A stretch of DNA of 64,000 nt, taken from the NCBI GenBank assembly GCA_033442325.1, contig JAWQFM010000002.1, positions 861,865 through 925,864 of the forward strand, given 5' to 3'. Below, piece after piece: positions 23,104 through 34,383 of the stretch. The notes beneath the pieces are model-generated. The model did not search any database and was not told the DNA's origin. It was given only the letters and a program-made list of their open reading frames with translations. The position numbers were made by a program, and so were the translations under genes. Source of the DNA: Salpingoeca rosetta. Taxonomy: Eukaryota > Protista > Choanoflagellata. The number at the start of each line of letters is the position of its first letter. Position 1 is the stretch's first letter.

Positions 23104-23834
23104 ATTTCACTCTTCTTGACCCTCGTCCTCATCCTTCATCTTCAGACAACTTGATTCCCTTCCTGCCTGCTGAGTCTGGCTCATACCCACTTGAAAGAAG
23201 ATGCACGCTTCGCGAGGCCGGTTTGCCAGCTTGTCTCCGATGCTGCTCCGAGCAGCGGCTGTTGTGGTTGTGGCAGCCCTTGCCGTGGCAGCAACGTGCA
23301 CGCTGGCCACAACGACAACGGACGGCGGCACCACGGCGTCCAATGTCGACAGCGCCGGGTGCCTGTGGGAGTGGCAGTACACGCCATGCAGCGCGCCGTG
23401 CGATGGAGGCACCTTCTCGCGACACAAGGTTGTGCTGAGCCGGCCAGACTCCAACGCCACATGCGAGGTCATTGCCAACCAGACAAGCATCCCCTGCAAC
23501 ACATTTCCCTGCTCGGCTACTGGCGACGACCAGCAGCAGTACATGGAGGACCCGGAGCTGCGTGTGAGCGACGGCAACATCATCGTTGCCCTGCCCACCA
23601 CGGCCAACGACTTGCGCATCGTGCGAGGAAGCGCCAACGAGNNNNNNNNNNNNNNNNNNNNNNNNNNNNNNNNNNNNNNNNNNNNNNNNNNNNNNNNNNN
23701 NNNNNNNNNNNNNNNNNNNNNNNNNNNNNNNNNNNNNNNNNTGAAAAAAAAAAAAAAAAAATAAAAAAGATAAAAAAAAAAAAATAAAAAAAAAAAAAAA
23801 ATAAAAACAACAAGCCCAACTCACTAGATCGTTT

Positions 23835-23928
<94 letters not shown>

Positions 23929-25973
23929 GGGATAAGGAGAGGGAAGGAACGGGGGTCGGGGTGCGAGTGAGCGTGTTGGGGGGGGGGAATCAGCGAATCC
24001 CAAAGGACGTGCATGGTCTGAGTCATTCAAAGCACCCCGCACTCATTCCCACAACCCCACACTCCACACTCCCAGTCAAAGCACAGCGGTTATGGCAGCA
24101 GGCGAGCACCGGACCGTTGTTGGGGCGGGTCTGGCCGCACGGGCGGTGGAGTGGGGTGCCGGAAATGACGACCGAGGACGCGCGGCCGTGGTAGCCAACG
24201 GGGATGTGCAGCCTGAACGCACGCAAGGAGAATTGGGGAGAGGGGATGGTGGAGTGTGGGGGACAAGGCAAAAGGACGTGTGATCAAGTGTATCCAAACA
24301 TCGCGACACAGCAACAGTCACACTTGCGTGTGTGTGTGTGTGCCTGGAGCAAGAGGGTACGCACCAGTTGGGGAGGAGCGGGTTGGAGGGGTCGCGGAAC
24401 ATGCTGCCGAGGTTGCTGGCGTGCTCGCGCGACGAGTAGAAGTCCGTGTAGTCACCTGCGAAGCAAACAAGGGCATGCAGTATGAAGTGTTGCGATTTGT
24501 GCGTGAGAGGGAGTCGTCAGTGAACGAGTGAACGCAAAGAAACGGACGAGACAGGACGCAGTGCAAGGTGGGAGGTGGTGCTGCAGTGCCGGAACACGAT
24601 GGCGTGCGTGATGCCACGTCGGTCGATGACTCACCAACTTCGGCGGGGAGGTGCATGGTCACGTCCGCCTGGGGCACGAGGGCGCTGCGGTGGCGGCCGC
24701 GCCATGAACGAACGACTTTGATGAGCAGCGAATGAATGTGCTTGGACAAAGGTGCGTGTTTGGCACGACAACACGCACACAGGGGAAGAGGCGCGCACAT
24801 GCACACAGGGGAAGGCACGCGCGCACGCACACACACACACACACGCACACACGCACACACACACGCACACACACACACACACACATGTACAGAATGTATA
24901 CAAACATACATGCACACACATGCAAAAAAAAAAAAAAAGTTCGACTTACGCAGCACGGAGCTCCTGGTTGTCGCGAAGGGTGGGCTGCAAGTACGGTGGT
25001 GTGCAAAACGAAGACGAGCAAAAAGCGCAAACGGTTCGGTGGGATGAGATGCGACCAGCATGTGGCTTACAGGGAACACGTGTACGGGGACACACGGGAG
25101 TGTGTGCTGGTGTGATGCCGGCGCGAGCACGACGATCGCTGGCTCAAACCTCGTCGGCGGAGAGGAGCTTCTGGATGGTCTCGCGGGCCTCGGTCCAGGC
25201 GGGGCGGCCCAGCGCCATGAGGGCGTTCAGCGAAGGCTGGTTGGTAGGCAGTGGTTGAGGAGGGTGGTGGTGGTGGAGGGGGACGTGAAATGGGCGCTAC
25301 AGCGTGGAAAATGCTAAAGGGAGGGGGTGCATGGTTGGGAGCCGAGCTTTGCATGGTATAGAACGATGATGCAAGCGTTCGCAGGCAGGCACAGTTCGAT
25401 GTACGCGTGCACACAAAAACCGGTATGCATGTACCTTGGCGAAGACATCCTGCTGGGAGGAGAGGATGGGGCCGGTGAAGAGGTGGCGGATGGCACTCAG
25501 GTCGAGAACCTGGTCGCCGATGGCCACGCCAATGCGGCGGGTCTCCTACAAAGCGTGTGTTGTGAGTGTGTGAGTGTGTGTGTGTTGTGTGTGTGTGTGT
25601 GTGCGTGTGTGTGTTTTATGAGTGTTGTGAGTGTGTGTGTGTTGTGAGTGTGTGTGCGCGTGTGTGTGCGTGTGTGCGTGTGTGTGTTTTGAGTGTTGTG
25701 TGTGTGTGTGTGTGTGTGTTTTATGTGTGTGTTGTGAGTGCGCGTGTGTGTGTTTTATGAGTATTGTGAGTGAGCGTGCGTGCGTGTGTGAGTGAAGACA
25801 TGAGGGCACAACGACATCACGTAAGCTTCTCCTCTTCCTGTCCCTCTCCCCCATGGCATGCCTGTGGCAGAGAAAGCGCGCTACGTACATCGCCGGGCTT
25901 GGAGAAGACACCGTAGGGAAGGTTCTGGATCGGAAAGTCCGAGTCGGGCGACACTTCAATGAAGCTCTTCATG
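21744..25973 (-). CDS. FAH: Fumarylacetoacetase; roughly 95-100 central codons not visible (gap at 23642-23741)
   Basis: [116 protein letters not shown]. Confidence 0.92.
23240..23641 (+). CDS. 5' fragment of a secreted protein (signal peptide plus thrombospondin type-1 repeat), truncated by a gap
   Basis: Hydrophobic leader [18 protein letters not shown]; TSP1-like pattern [23 protein letters not shown]...C......PCNTFPC. Confidence 0.6.
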
Positions 25974-26587
25974 TTGGCGTCAAAAGTGCGCGCCTGAGAC
26001 GACAAGTACGGTATGGACGCGAAAAGGGGAGGGGTTGGTGTTCTGAGGTGAGAAAGGCGCATTCAAAGTTGAACCGAATAAGCGAGGTATGGTGGTGGTT
26101 TTTTGATGCAAAGTGTCACGATGCTCTTCTTCTTCGCTAGCATGTAGGGAAGCTGCACGCACCTTCTTTGCAGCGGAGTCGGTAATGGTTGCAGGTGGGT
26201 GGAGAAGAACACCAAAAAAAAACGTGGACGCTTGCTTGCTTGCTTTGCTTGCTCGACCTGCCGCGCGTGATTGGGGGGAAAAACAGTGTAGTTGTGAGAA
26301 TAAGACGAGCGCAGGGGACGAGTGTCGACTCAAAGCGGGCACACACACATCCATCCACACACACACACACACACACACACGCATCCATCCACACACACAC
26401 ACATCCACACACACACACAATCCACAGCGTGCCACTGCGCTCTCCACCTTCGTTCACTTCTGTGATTCTTCGATGGCGAAAAGTGGTGCATGTCTTCCAT
26501 GAATCGCAACAACTGCTGCCTGCGAGCAAAGGATAAGAAGAAGCCGTTTCTCTGTCGTTCATCCCTTCATCCAGCCAGAAGAGAACG

Positions 26588-27956
26588 ATGGCGCTGCGAG
26601 CTGCGGTTCTGCGAGCTGCGGCCGTGGCAGCGAGCTGTATGGTGATGGTTGGTATAGCGAGCATGTACATCGCGGTTCAGGGCGCTGAAGCCGCAGCTGC
26701 ACGGGTTGAGGGTGCGCTTGGGCTGATGCACGAGCGCGTCGGGTTCGTCCTGTATGATTTGGATGACCGCCGACACATCCCTCACGCGCTGCTGGCGGCA
26801 CGCTCTCTGTGGACGGCTGGCGGCCTACGAGACCCGCAGACCGTGATAGTGACGACGTGCGCCGCGCCAGACCCACTTTCCCTGCCCAGCCATGACGAGG
26901 AGGCCCTGTGGTACGAGACGCAGTGGCAGGCGCATCGCAGGAGCGTTGTCTTCAAGCACGTGCTCAACGGCACCAAGTCAACGCAGCGGCTGCGGCAGAG
27001 CCACATGATGCGTGTTTCAGAGGCCTTCCGGTTCCTGCCACGGCAGGTGCGCATCGCGGTTGTCCTTGACGCTGGCGTGTACGCCGGTGCGCCACTCTCA
27101 GAAATGATGACTTGGCTGCAGCGAGCCGTCCAAGTCGCTGCAGCACGATCGGAGGAAGGCAGTACAACAAACTCGTTCCTTATGGCACGGCCAGCTGAGG
27201 TGCGTGCTGCACTAGCTCGCTGCTTGCATGCAAGCACACCACTGAAACACGTTGCTTCCAGCCTTCTACCACATCGGCCCCATGTCTCTGTCGCTCGCTG
27301 CAACCTTGTTCCGACATTGCTTTCCTCACTCGACCATTTTTCCATTTTTTGTATTTTCTCTGCACAGGGCGGTGATGGCTGGTCGACGGGGATCACTGTG
27401 ATCAATCGCAAGCTGTCCACGTCTTGCCTGCTTGCATGCCAGCTTTCCCGGGACATGCAAGGCAGCAGCGAGAACACACCCCAGCACCAATCAAGCCTAA
27501 ATGCACACACAGTTCACTTCCCTCAGCCAGCGTGCTCCCCTGTATCCCTCGCCCCGGAAATGTATAGCGAGCTAAGCCGGTTTCATCTCCTCCTCAAGCA
27601 CCGCTCCCCCTTTGTGCGCATCTTCACGAACAGCCGCACCACAAACGGTGAGAAACAGCAGCGGCACTTACTTCTGTCACACACCCTTGCCTGTTGAGTC
27701 CCATCCATGCACGGAGGTGCCTTTTCACCCAGCGCAGTGCTGCAGTGGTTCAACTGTAGAACTGTGTCGAATCAGCTTCCTAGCTTCAACTACTCACTCA
27801 ACTTGTACCCAACCGAACATGCATTTATGATCAGAAAAAGAGAAGGGTGGCCTGTACGTTTCACGCGCCGAGCACGATCGCTACGTGGGCAGCACGCTCG
27901 GCCTTGGTGCTGACTTTGTCGCCGCATCCTATCGGGTGCGTCATCTCGAAGTGCTC

Positions 27957-27990
<34 letters not shown>

Positions 27991-29074
27991 GAGTGTGTGT
28001 GTGTGTGTGCGTGTGAGTGTGTGCACTTGTGTTTTTATTGTACATGTGCGAGGCGTGGGTGGTTGGTGTTGTGTGGGCTGCAGCCAAGCAAGGTGAAGTT
28101 GGACGGGACACAAGAGCGCGGCAATCGGTCTCCTCTGTCCCATGCCAGCATGCCTGCGTAAGTAACCTTCAACGGTCACCGTCATGCTGTCATGCAAAAC
28201 AGACACGCGAAGGATGCCGAGGCGATGGCGTGCAATGGGAGGACGACGATGCCGCCACAGCTGCGACGACCTCAAACAAGCTCGAGCAACATGAAACCCG
28301 GCAACAAGAACAGGTATCGATCAGGGGATAGGAGAGGGCAGAAACATGCGGATGCCGCCAGTTTGCTGTGTGGTAAATAACTGTATGGTGGGTGATGTGA
28401 CTTTGCTTGTTCGGCACATGAAACGAAACCACAAGCCATGCGATTCACGCAGTTTATTCTCAATTACCTGCTTGCGCCCTCTGCAAACGCTATGCGCATG
28501 CATAAGGTGTCTGGGCCGGCGCCGCCACAGGTGCCACACATTGCACTCGGTGGCTTTGCAAAGTGCGCCACAACCACGCTCTATGAATGGCTCATCAAGC
28601 ACCCCAACATCATGGAGCCATGGGTGCGTCCGCATTGCGTGCATGCGTATGTATCTGTGACCGTGTTTGTGCGTGTGTGTGCGTATGTGTCTGTGACCGT
28701 GTTTGTGCGTGTGTGTCTGTCTCTGTGCGTGTGTCTGTCTGTGCGTGTGTGTCTGTCTCTGTGCGCGTGTGTATGTGTGTGCCTGGGAAGGAGGAAGGGA
28801 AGATACTGGCAGAGTTCAAGTGCCGTGCATCTGTACCTGATGCTTGAACACAGAAGCACCTTAGCAGCTCATCACACGTACACACACACACACACACACA
28901 TCTGACCCAACACAACACAATACATGCAACACACAGACCAAGGAGCCAAACTTTGACTTTGCTTCGTATGAGACGGCGGTCGGGAGGGCGTATCTGGACC
29001 AGCTACTGTATGGCCAACGCCACGGCACAGAGCCCACCACAGGCCCAAATGGCACTCCAATGTACGCTGCGCAT

Positions 29075-29153
<79 letters not shown>

Positions 29154-29737
29154 TAGTGGTNNNNNNNNNNNNNNNNNNNNNNNNNNNNNNNNNNNNNNNN
29201 NNNNNNNNNNNNNNNNNNNNNNNNNNNNNNNNNNNNNNNNNNNNNNNNNNNNNNNNNNNNNNNNNNNNNNNNNNNNNNNNNNNNNNNNNNNNNNNNNNNN
29301 NNNNNNNNNNNNNNNNNNNNNNNNNNNNNNNNNNNNNNNNNNNNNNNNNNNNNNNNNNNNNNNNNNNNNNNNNNNNNNNNNNNNNNNNNNNNNNNNNNNN
29401 NNNNNNNNNNNNNNNNNNNNNNNNNNNNNNNNNNNNNNNNNNNNNNNNNNNNNNNNNNNNNNNNNNNNNNNNNNNNNNNNNNNNNNNNNNNNNNNNNNNN
29501 NNNNNNNNNNNNNNNNNNNNNNNNNNNNNNNNNNNNNNNNNNNNNNNNNNNNNNNNNNNNNNNNNNNNNNNNNNNNNNNNNNNNNNNNNNNNNNNNNNNN
29601 NNNNNNNNNNNNNNNNNNNNNNNNNNNNNNNNNNNNNNNNNNNNNNNNNNNNNNNNNNNNNNNNNNNNNNNNNNNNNNNNNNNNNNNNNNNNNNNNNCGC
29701 GCGCGCGCGTGTGTGTGTGTGTGTGTGTGTGTGTGGT

Positions 29738-29791
<54 letters not shown>

Positions 29792-30165
29792 ACGCTGCGC
29801 TGTGACTAGGTCCTGCAGCAGGTGGAGCGGTTCCTTGGGATACCATCCTATGGCAAGTGGGAGGAGGTGCTGCAGCGCATTACCAGACACAACGTGAACC
29901 GGTGAGTGATTGGGCGGTTGGATGGTGCCTGGTGCGAGTGCGCGAGGGTACGCTTGCTGCCAGCGAAGTGAATGTGTCGTGAGGTGAAGAGAAGGAGAAG
30001 GTTGTTCACACACACACACACACACATGCACACACACACATGCACATTAGGCATAGCAAGGAGCTGTTGTCACCTGAGATGAAGAAGGAAGTGGATGCGT
30101 TCTATCATATTCACAACCGTGCGCTCGCGCGTCGTCTCGGTCGACGCCACCTTCCTTGGGCTTGA
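26588..30165 (+). CDS. Type II membrane glycan-modifying protein: N-terminal GT-like region plus C-terminal PAPS-dependent sulfotransferase (HS 3-O/NDST-like); may be two genes; partly in gap
   Basis: N-terminal signal anchor; 5'-PSB motif [29 protein letters not shown]; C-terminal [31 protein letters not shown]. Confidence 0.6.
29161..29697. other. Assembly gap (largest); other gaps at 5169-5268, 14364-14528, 23642-23741 and 33806-33905
   Basis: Runs of N. Confidence 1.
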
Positions 30166-30249
30166 CCACATGTACGTGTTTTGAGAGCTCTCGATGCGCA
30201 GCTAGAAGCACATGTACATACATGCAACAGTAAACGCTGGACACACACA

Positions 30250-30283
<34 letters not shown>

Positions 30284-30342
30284 TGGCTGTTCCATCAAAA
30301 CATGTCAGTACGTTTCTTTTGATTTGGATGAAAACGAGAAAA

Positions 30343-30561
30343 GAGCATTCGGACTGGTCCGAAGTCCATGTGCTTTCCGCCAGCGGCGGGCAGCGCGCGA
30401 TCATCGAGGGCTCACGCGAGCGGCAAAAGCCATTCAACGTGCACCTGCCTCACGCTCAGGACAACGACCTCTTTGTCGTCATCGTGCTTCAAAGCTTTGC
30501 CTTAGTTGAGGGACTAAAGCTGGATAGTTACTATAGAAATGATCCTAAAGAGTACAATCCT
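30343..30561 (-). ncRNA. U3: U3 snoRNA
   Basis: Minus strand begins AGGATTGTACTCTTTAGGATCATTTCTATAG (box A'/A; box A at 30531-30546). Box C' ATGACGA (~30476-30482), box B GAGCGTGAGG (30448-30457), box C TCGATGA (30401-30407), box D CCGA (30349-30352); terminal stem AGCA/TGCT; about 219 nt. Confidence 0.9.
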
Positions 30562-30846
30562 GATTTCTAGATGGGTCATCAGTTGCTTATCATGCTGTGG
30601 AACCAGTTTGCACACTTGTGGGTTCAGCAGAAGGCCGGAAAACCGCACAAAAATTATAATTGTTGATTTGAACTCGCACAAAAACCACACAGTCATCCCA
30701 GCGAGCAACCAGCGACAGACGACAGAAGTTATTGGTCGTTCGAACAGGAAACAGGCAAGCAGGGGCAGAGGCAAACCAGCAAAACACACACACACACACA
30801 CAACACACAACACACAACACACAACACACACACACACAATCCGTCC

Positions 30847-32812
30847 ATGGAACACCGTACAGAGTGCAGCGTGTGCGGGTCGGACATTGATGGCCCGCAT
30901 GATGGCGTGACATGCGCTCAGGGACACGGTACCTGCAAGGACTGCATTGAAGTGCAGGTGACATCGGCCATCAATGACCCAAACAACCAGTACGCCCTGA
31001 CGGAGAACGGCGCCCTGAAATGCTCCACCTGCAACCAGGGCATCTCAGACGTGCCTGTGGTCCGCCTCATCTCCTCCCAACTCGCTGCTCGCTTCCTCGA
31101 CACCAGGCGCGACATCGCTCGTCGCGAGGTAACCTGACACCTGCCATGTCCGTGTGCATGCGTGGCTTTGTAAGTGTCCGCATCTGCTTTCAAGTGCCTG
31201 CGTGTCCGCAAGCGCCTGCGTGTCCGCAAGTGTCCGTGTGTCCGCAAGTGCTTGCGTGTCCGCAAGTGCCTGCGTGTCCGCAAGTTTCCGTCTCTACGCC
31301 CCCCCCCCATATGCCTCGCTCCCCTCTATCTCTCTTCCTTCTCCTTCATCTCTGCCATGCCCCTTCCCCTTGTCCCTCTCCCTCCTCCCCGTCGCCCCCG
31401 TCTGCTCCCTGCTGCCTCTCTCTGTTTACCGCCCCATGCATCAGGGCCATCCTCCTATGCTGGCTGGTTCAACCCCAATCTCACGCATGCACAAGCTGCG
31501 CATCATGCACGACCGACGCTCAGGGGCGCGTGGAGGCAGAGCAACACAACCGCAGACATGGCAGCCACCCACGTCGAGCAGCTGAAGCCGACGCTCATCA
31601 CGAGGACGAGCACAACGTGCGCCTGCTTCGTTTGGACGTCATCAACGACGTGCTGACGCTGGCCTGCCCACACTGCCACACGGCATTTTTCGATTTTGAC
31701 GGCTGCTGTGCGCTCCAGTGCAAGCAGGCACATTGCAATCAGCACTTCTGTGCGCTCTGCTGTTCTGCGCACGAGTCGGAGCACGACTGCCACACCCACG
31801 TCAAAATGTGTCCTTTCAGCTACAACGCCAACCGCTTCTTTGCACGGCCAGAGCAGATTCAAAAGTCACAGAACGACCTCCGCCTTTGCCGCCTCGTTCT
31901 GTTTCTCGTGAATAACCCCATCAGCCCCGTCATCGCTCACCAACTCGCCCAAGTGCGTGCACATCTGCATGCACACACACGTGTGTGTGTGTGTGTGCGT
32001 GTGTGTGTGTGTGTGTTTGCTTGCACATGTGTGTATTTGCTTGCACATGTGTGTGTGTGTGTTTGCTTGCACATGTGTGTGTGTTTGCTTGCACATGTGT
32101 GTGATTGTGCCCCTGCTCGTGCATTTGTATTTGTGCCCATGTTTGCGTGTTTATGCTTGCATGCATGTGTGTGCACGTTTGCTTGACAGCTGGTTCCCAA
32201 GCACAGCATGCGTTGCCTGTCCCCATGTCAACCCCCACTTCCATGAACCCCCCCCCCTTCTCACACACAACATGCTTCGCCCGCGTGCGCAACAGAGCCT
32301 CGATCGTGAGCTGCAGGACCTGGGCATCCGCGCCCAAGTGCAATCCATTGTGAGCCGGCTGCAACAGGTGCGGGCGGCGCTGCGTGCTGCTGGCGGTGCA
32401 GAAGCTCCGCTCCCCGCTGTCCGTCGCGTCGTCATGCAATTCCGTGATCTCCCGCCGCTGCCTCCACCACACGCCGCCCCACGCCGCAGGCAACAGCAGC
32501 AGCGAGAAGCGCACCGCGTTGACGTGGCACAACCACAGGCAGCGCCAAGGCGGAGGCGAGTCGAGCGGCGACAACACAACATGGCCGAACGGCGTCCGGA
32601 AGTGGGGCAACACTTTGCACAATACTTTGCAGGGCTTGGGCAGCGCGCACAGCAACATCGCGGACGGGAACGGCGAGAAGAGCGACGACACCACGTGTTG
32701 GAAAGGCGACCATCACCGCCACCACCACCATCGCCACCATCACCAGTTCACCGAATCCAATTTCCAGAGTATCCGCCACTGCGACTGCCGCGACAACGCC
32801 GACACCACCGCC

Positions 32813-32863
<51 letters not shown>

Positions 32864-33570
32864 GTGATGTTGTACGCATCGGCAAGCAAGTGGGCCTGTA
32901 TGTCGCGCTGCTTGTGCAGTACGCCTTGCAGCTCAACACGCTTGGATTTGGTCACACGTCCAACACCTTCCTGTGCATCGTGACTGGCGCGCTGGTGTAC
33001 TTCACCACCACGCACCCAACAACCCTCGCCATTGCTCGCGGCCACCACAATGACAACGACGACGGCGACGACAACAACGGCAATGATCAGCAACAGCCCG
33101 GACCAGCCCCAGTGCCCCCAGGCGCTGTTGTCATCTCTGTTGCCGTGTTCATCTACTCGCTGGTTGTGCTTGGCGTGTCTGGAAGCGTGTGGACAACCAT
33201 GGCTGCCACGCTGCTGTTTGCTGTTGTGCTTGCAGCCACACACTGGCCACCAGCCACCGTTGCTGTCCAGGCACTGCTGCTGCACAAGCTGATCACGGGC
33301 ATCTTCGCGCCAACATCGGGCGCCCACGGTCTCGTGTACGTTCTCCTCCTCGACCTTCCCTTTGAAGCCATCACCGCAGTCGTCACCATCGCCGTCAGCG
33401 TCAGTGCGCATGCGCACAACCCGGCCTTTGCAGACTGGTTTGGGCGCGCCTCTATCACCCGCGACATCATGTGCGTGTGTGCACTCCTTGTGCTTGGTCA
33501 GCTCCCTCTCAGCGCGTCCCTTCCGCTCTGCATCGCACTCGTCGCTATTGCCCCTCTCGCCGTTCGATAG
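30847..33570 (+). CDS. RING + Rcat(RING2)-like zinc-finger putative E3 ligase with a C-terminal multi-pass TM region, 3 exons
   Basis: RING CSVC..CAQGHGTCKDC..CSTC; Rcat-like CPHCHTAFFDFDGCCALQC..CNQHFCALC; introns ~31129-31522 and ~31953-32296; about 6-7 hydrophobic segments after a Q/P-rich linker. Confidence 0.7.
31191..31290. repeat. 18-bp minisatellite (CAAGTGCCTGCGTGTCCG), about 5.5 copies, in an intron
   Basis: Degenerate direct tandem copies visible in the sequence. Confidence 0.85.
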
Positions 33571-33627
33571 GGTGCGTGTGTGTGTCTGTGTCTGTGTCTG
33601 TGTCTGTGTCTGTGTCTGTGTCTGTGT

Positions 33628-33692
<65 letters not shown>

Positions 33693-33905
33693 TCTGCGGT
33701 CTGTATATAAAATGTCAGAAGTGGTGTGTTGGGCTAGGGCTGTGAATGGTCAGCCAGCTGGTGAAAGAGATAATAGAAAAAAAAAAGGAGGAAGCCAATA
33801 AGATANNNNNNNNNNNNNNNNNNNNNNNNNNNNNNNNNNNNNNNNNNNNNNNNNNNNNNNNNNNNNNNNNNNNNNNNNNNNNNNNNNNNNNNNNNNNNNN
33901 NNNNN

Positions 33906-33978
<73 letters not shown>

Positions 33979-33992
33979 CGTGCGTGCGTGTG

Positions 33993-34023
<31 letters not shown>

Positions 34024-34310
34024 GTCTGTGTTGGTCTGTGTCTGTGTCTGTGTCTGCCTGTCTGTCTGTGTGTGCATTTTGTGACACGACACAATGGGTG
34101 GCTGCGGTTTTAAGTTAAGTGGCTGTTGTTTGTATTTGTTGTTGTTGATGTGCATTGCTGGACAGTTACGCTCTCGCTCCTTTCACCACACAATATGTGC
34201 AACGTAAACGAACAGTGGAACACAACACCACAACTCCCGAGAACACAATCAACGAGAGAGGGGTAGGGAGAAGGAGAAGGAAAGACAGAGATAGAGACAG
34301 AGACAAAGAG

Positions 34311-34380
<70 letters not shown>

Positions 34381-34383
34381 TTG

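Noticed and set aside
23743-23810. A-rich run as a retrotransposon poly(A) tail
   Set aside because: It directly abuts an assembly gap, with no target-site duplication or element body visible; probably a low-quality contig end.
30181-30570. 129-aa ORF (..MKTRKEHSDW..YNPDF) first suspected to be a transposon fragment
   Set aside because: It is the antisense of the U3 snoRNA, whose boxes explain the sequence.
31191-31290. Regular 18-bp repeats as a possible CRISPR-like array
   Set aside because: The repeats are head-to-tail with no unique spacers and lie in a eukaryotic intron; this is a minisatellite.
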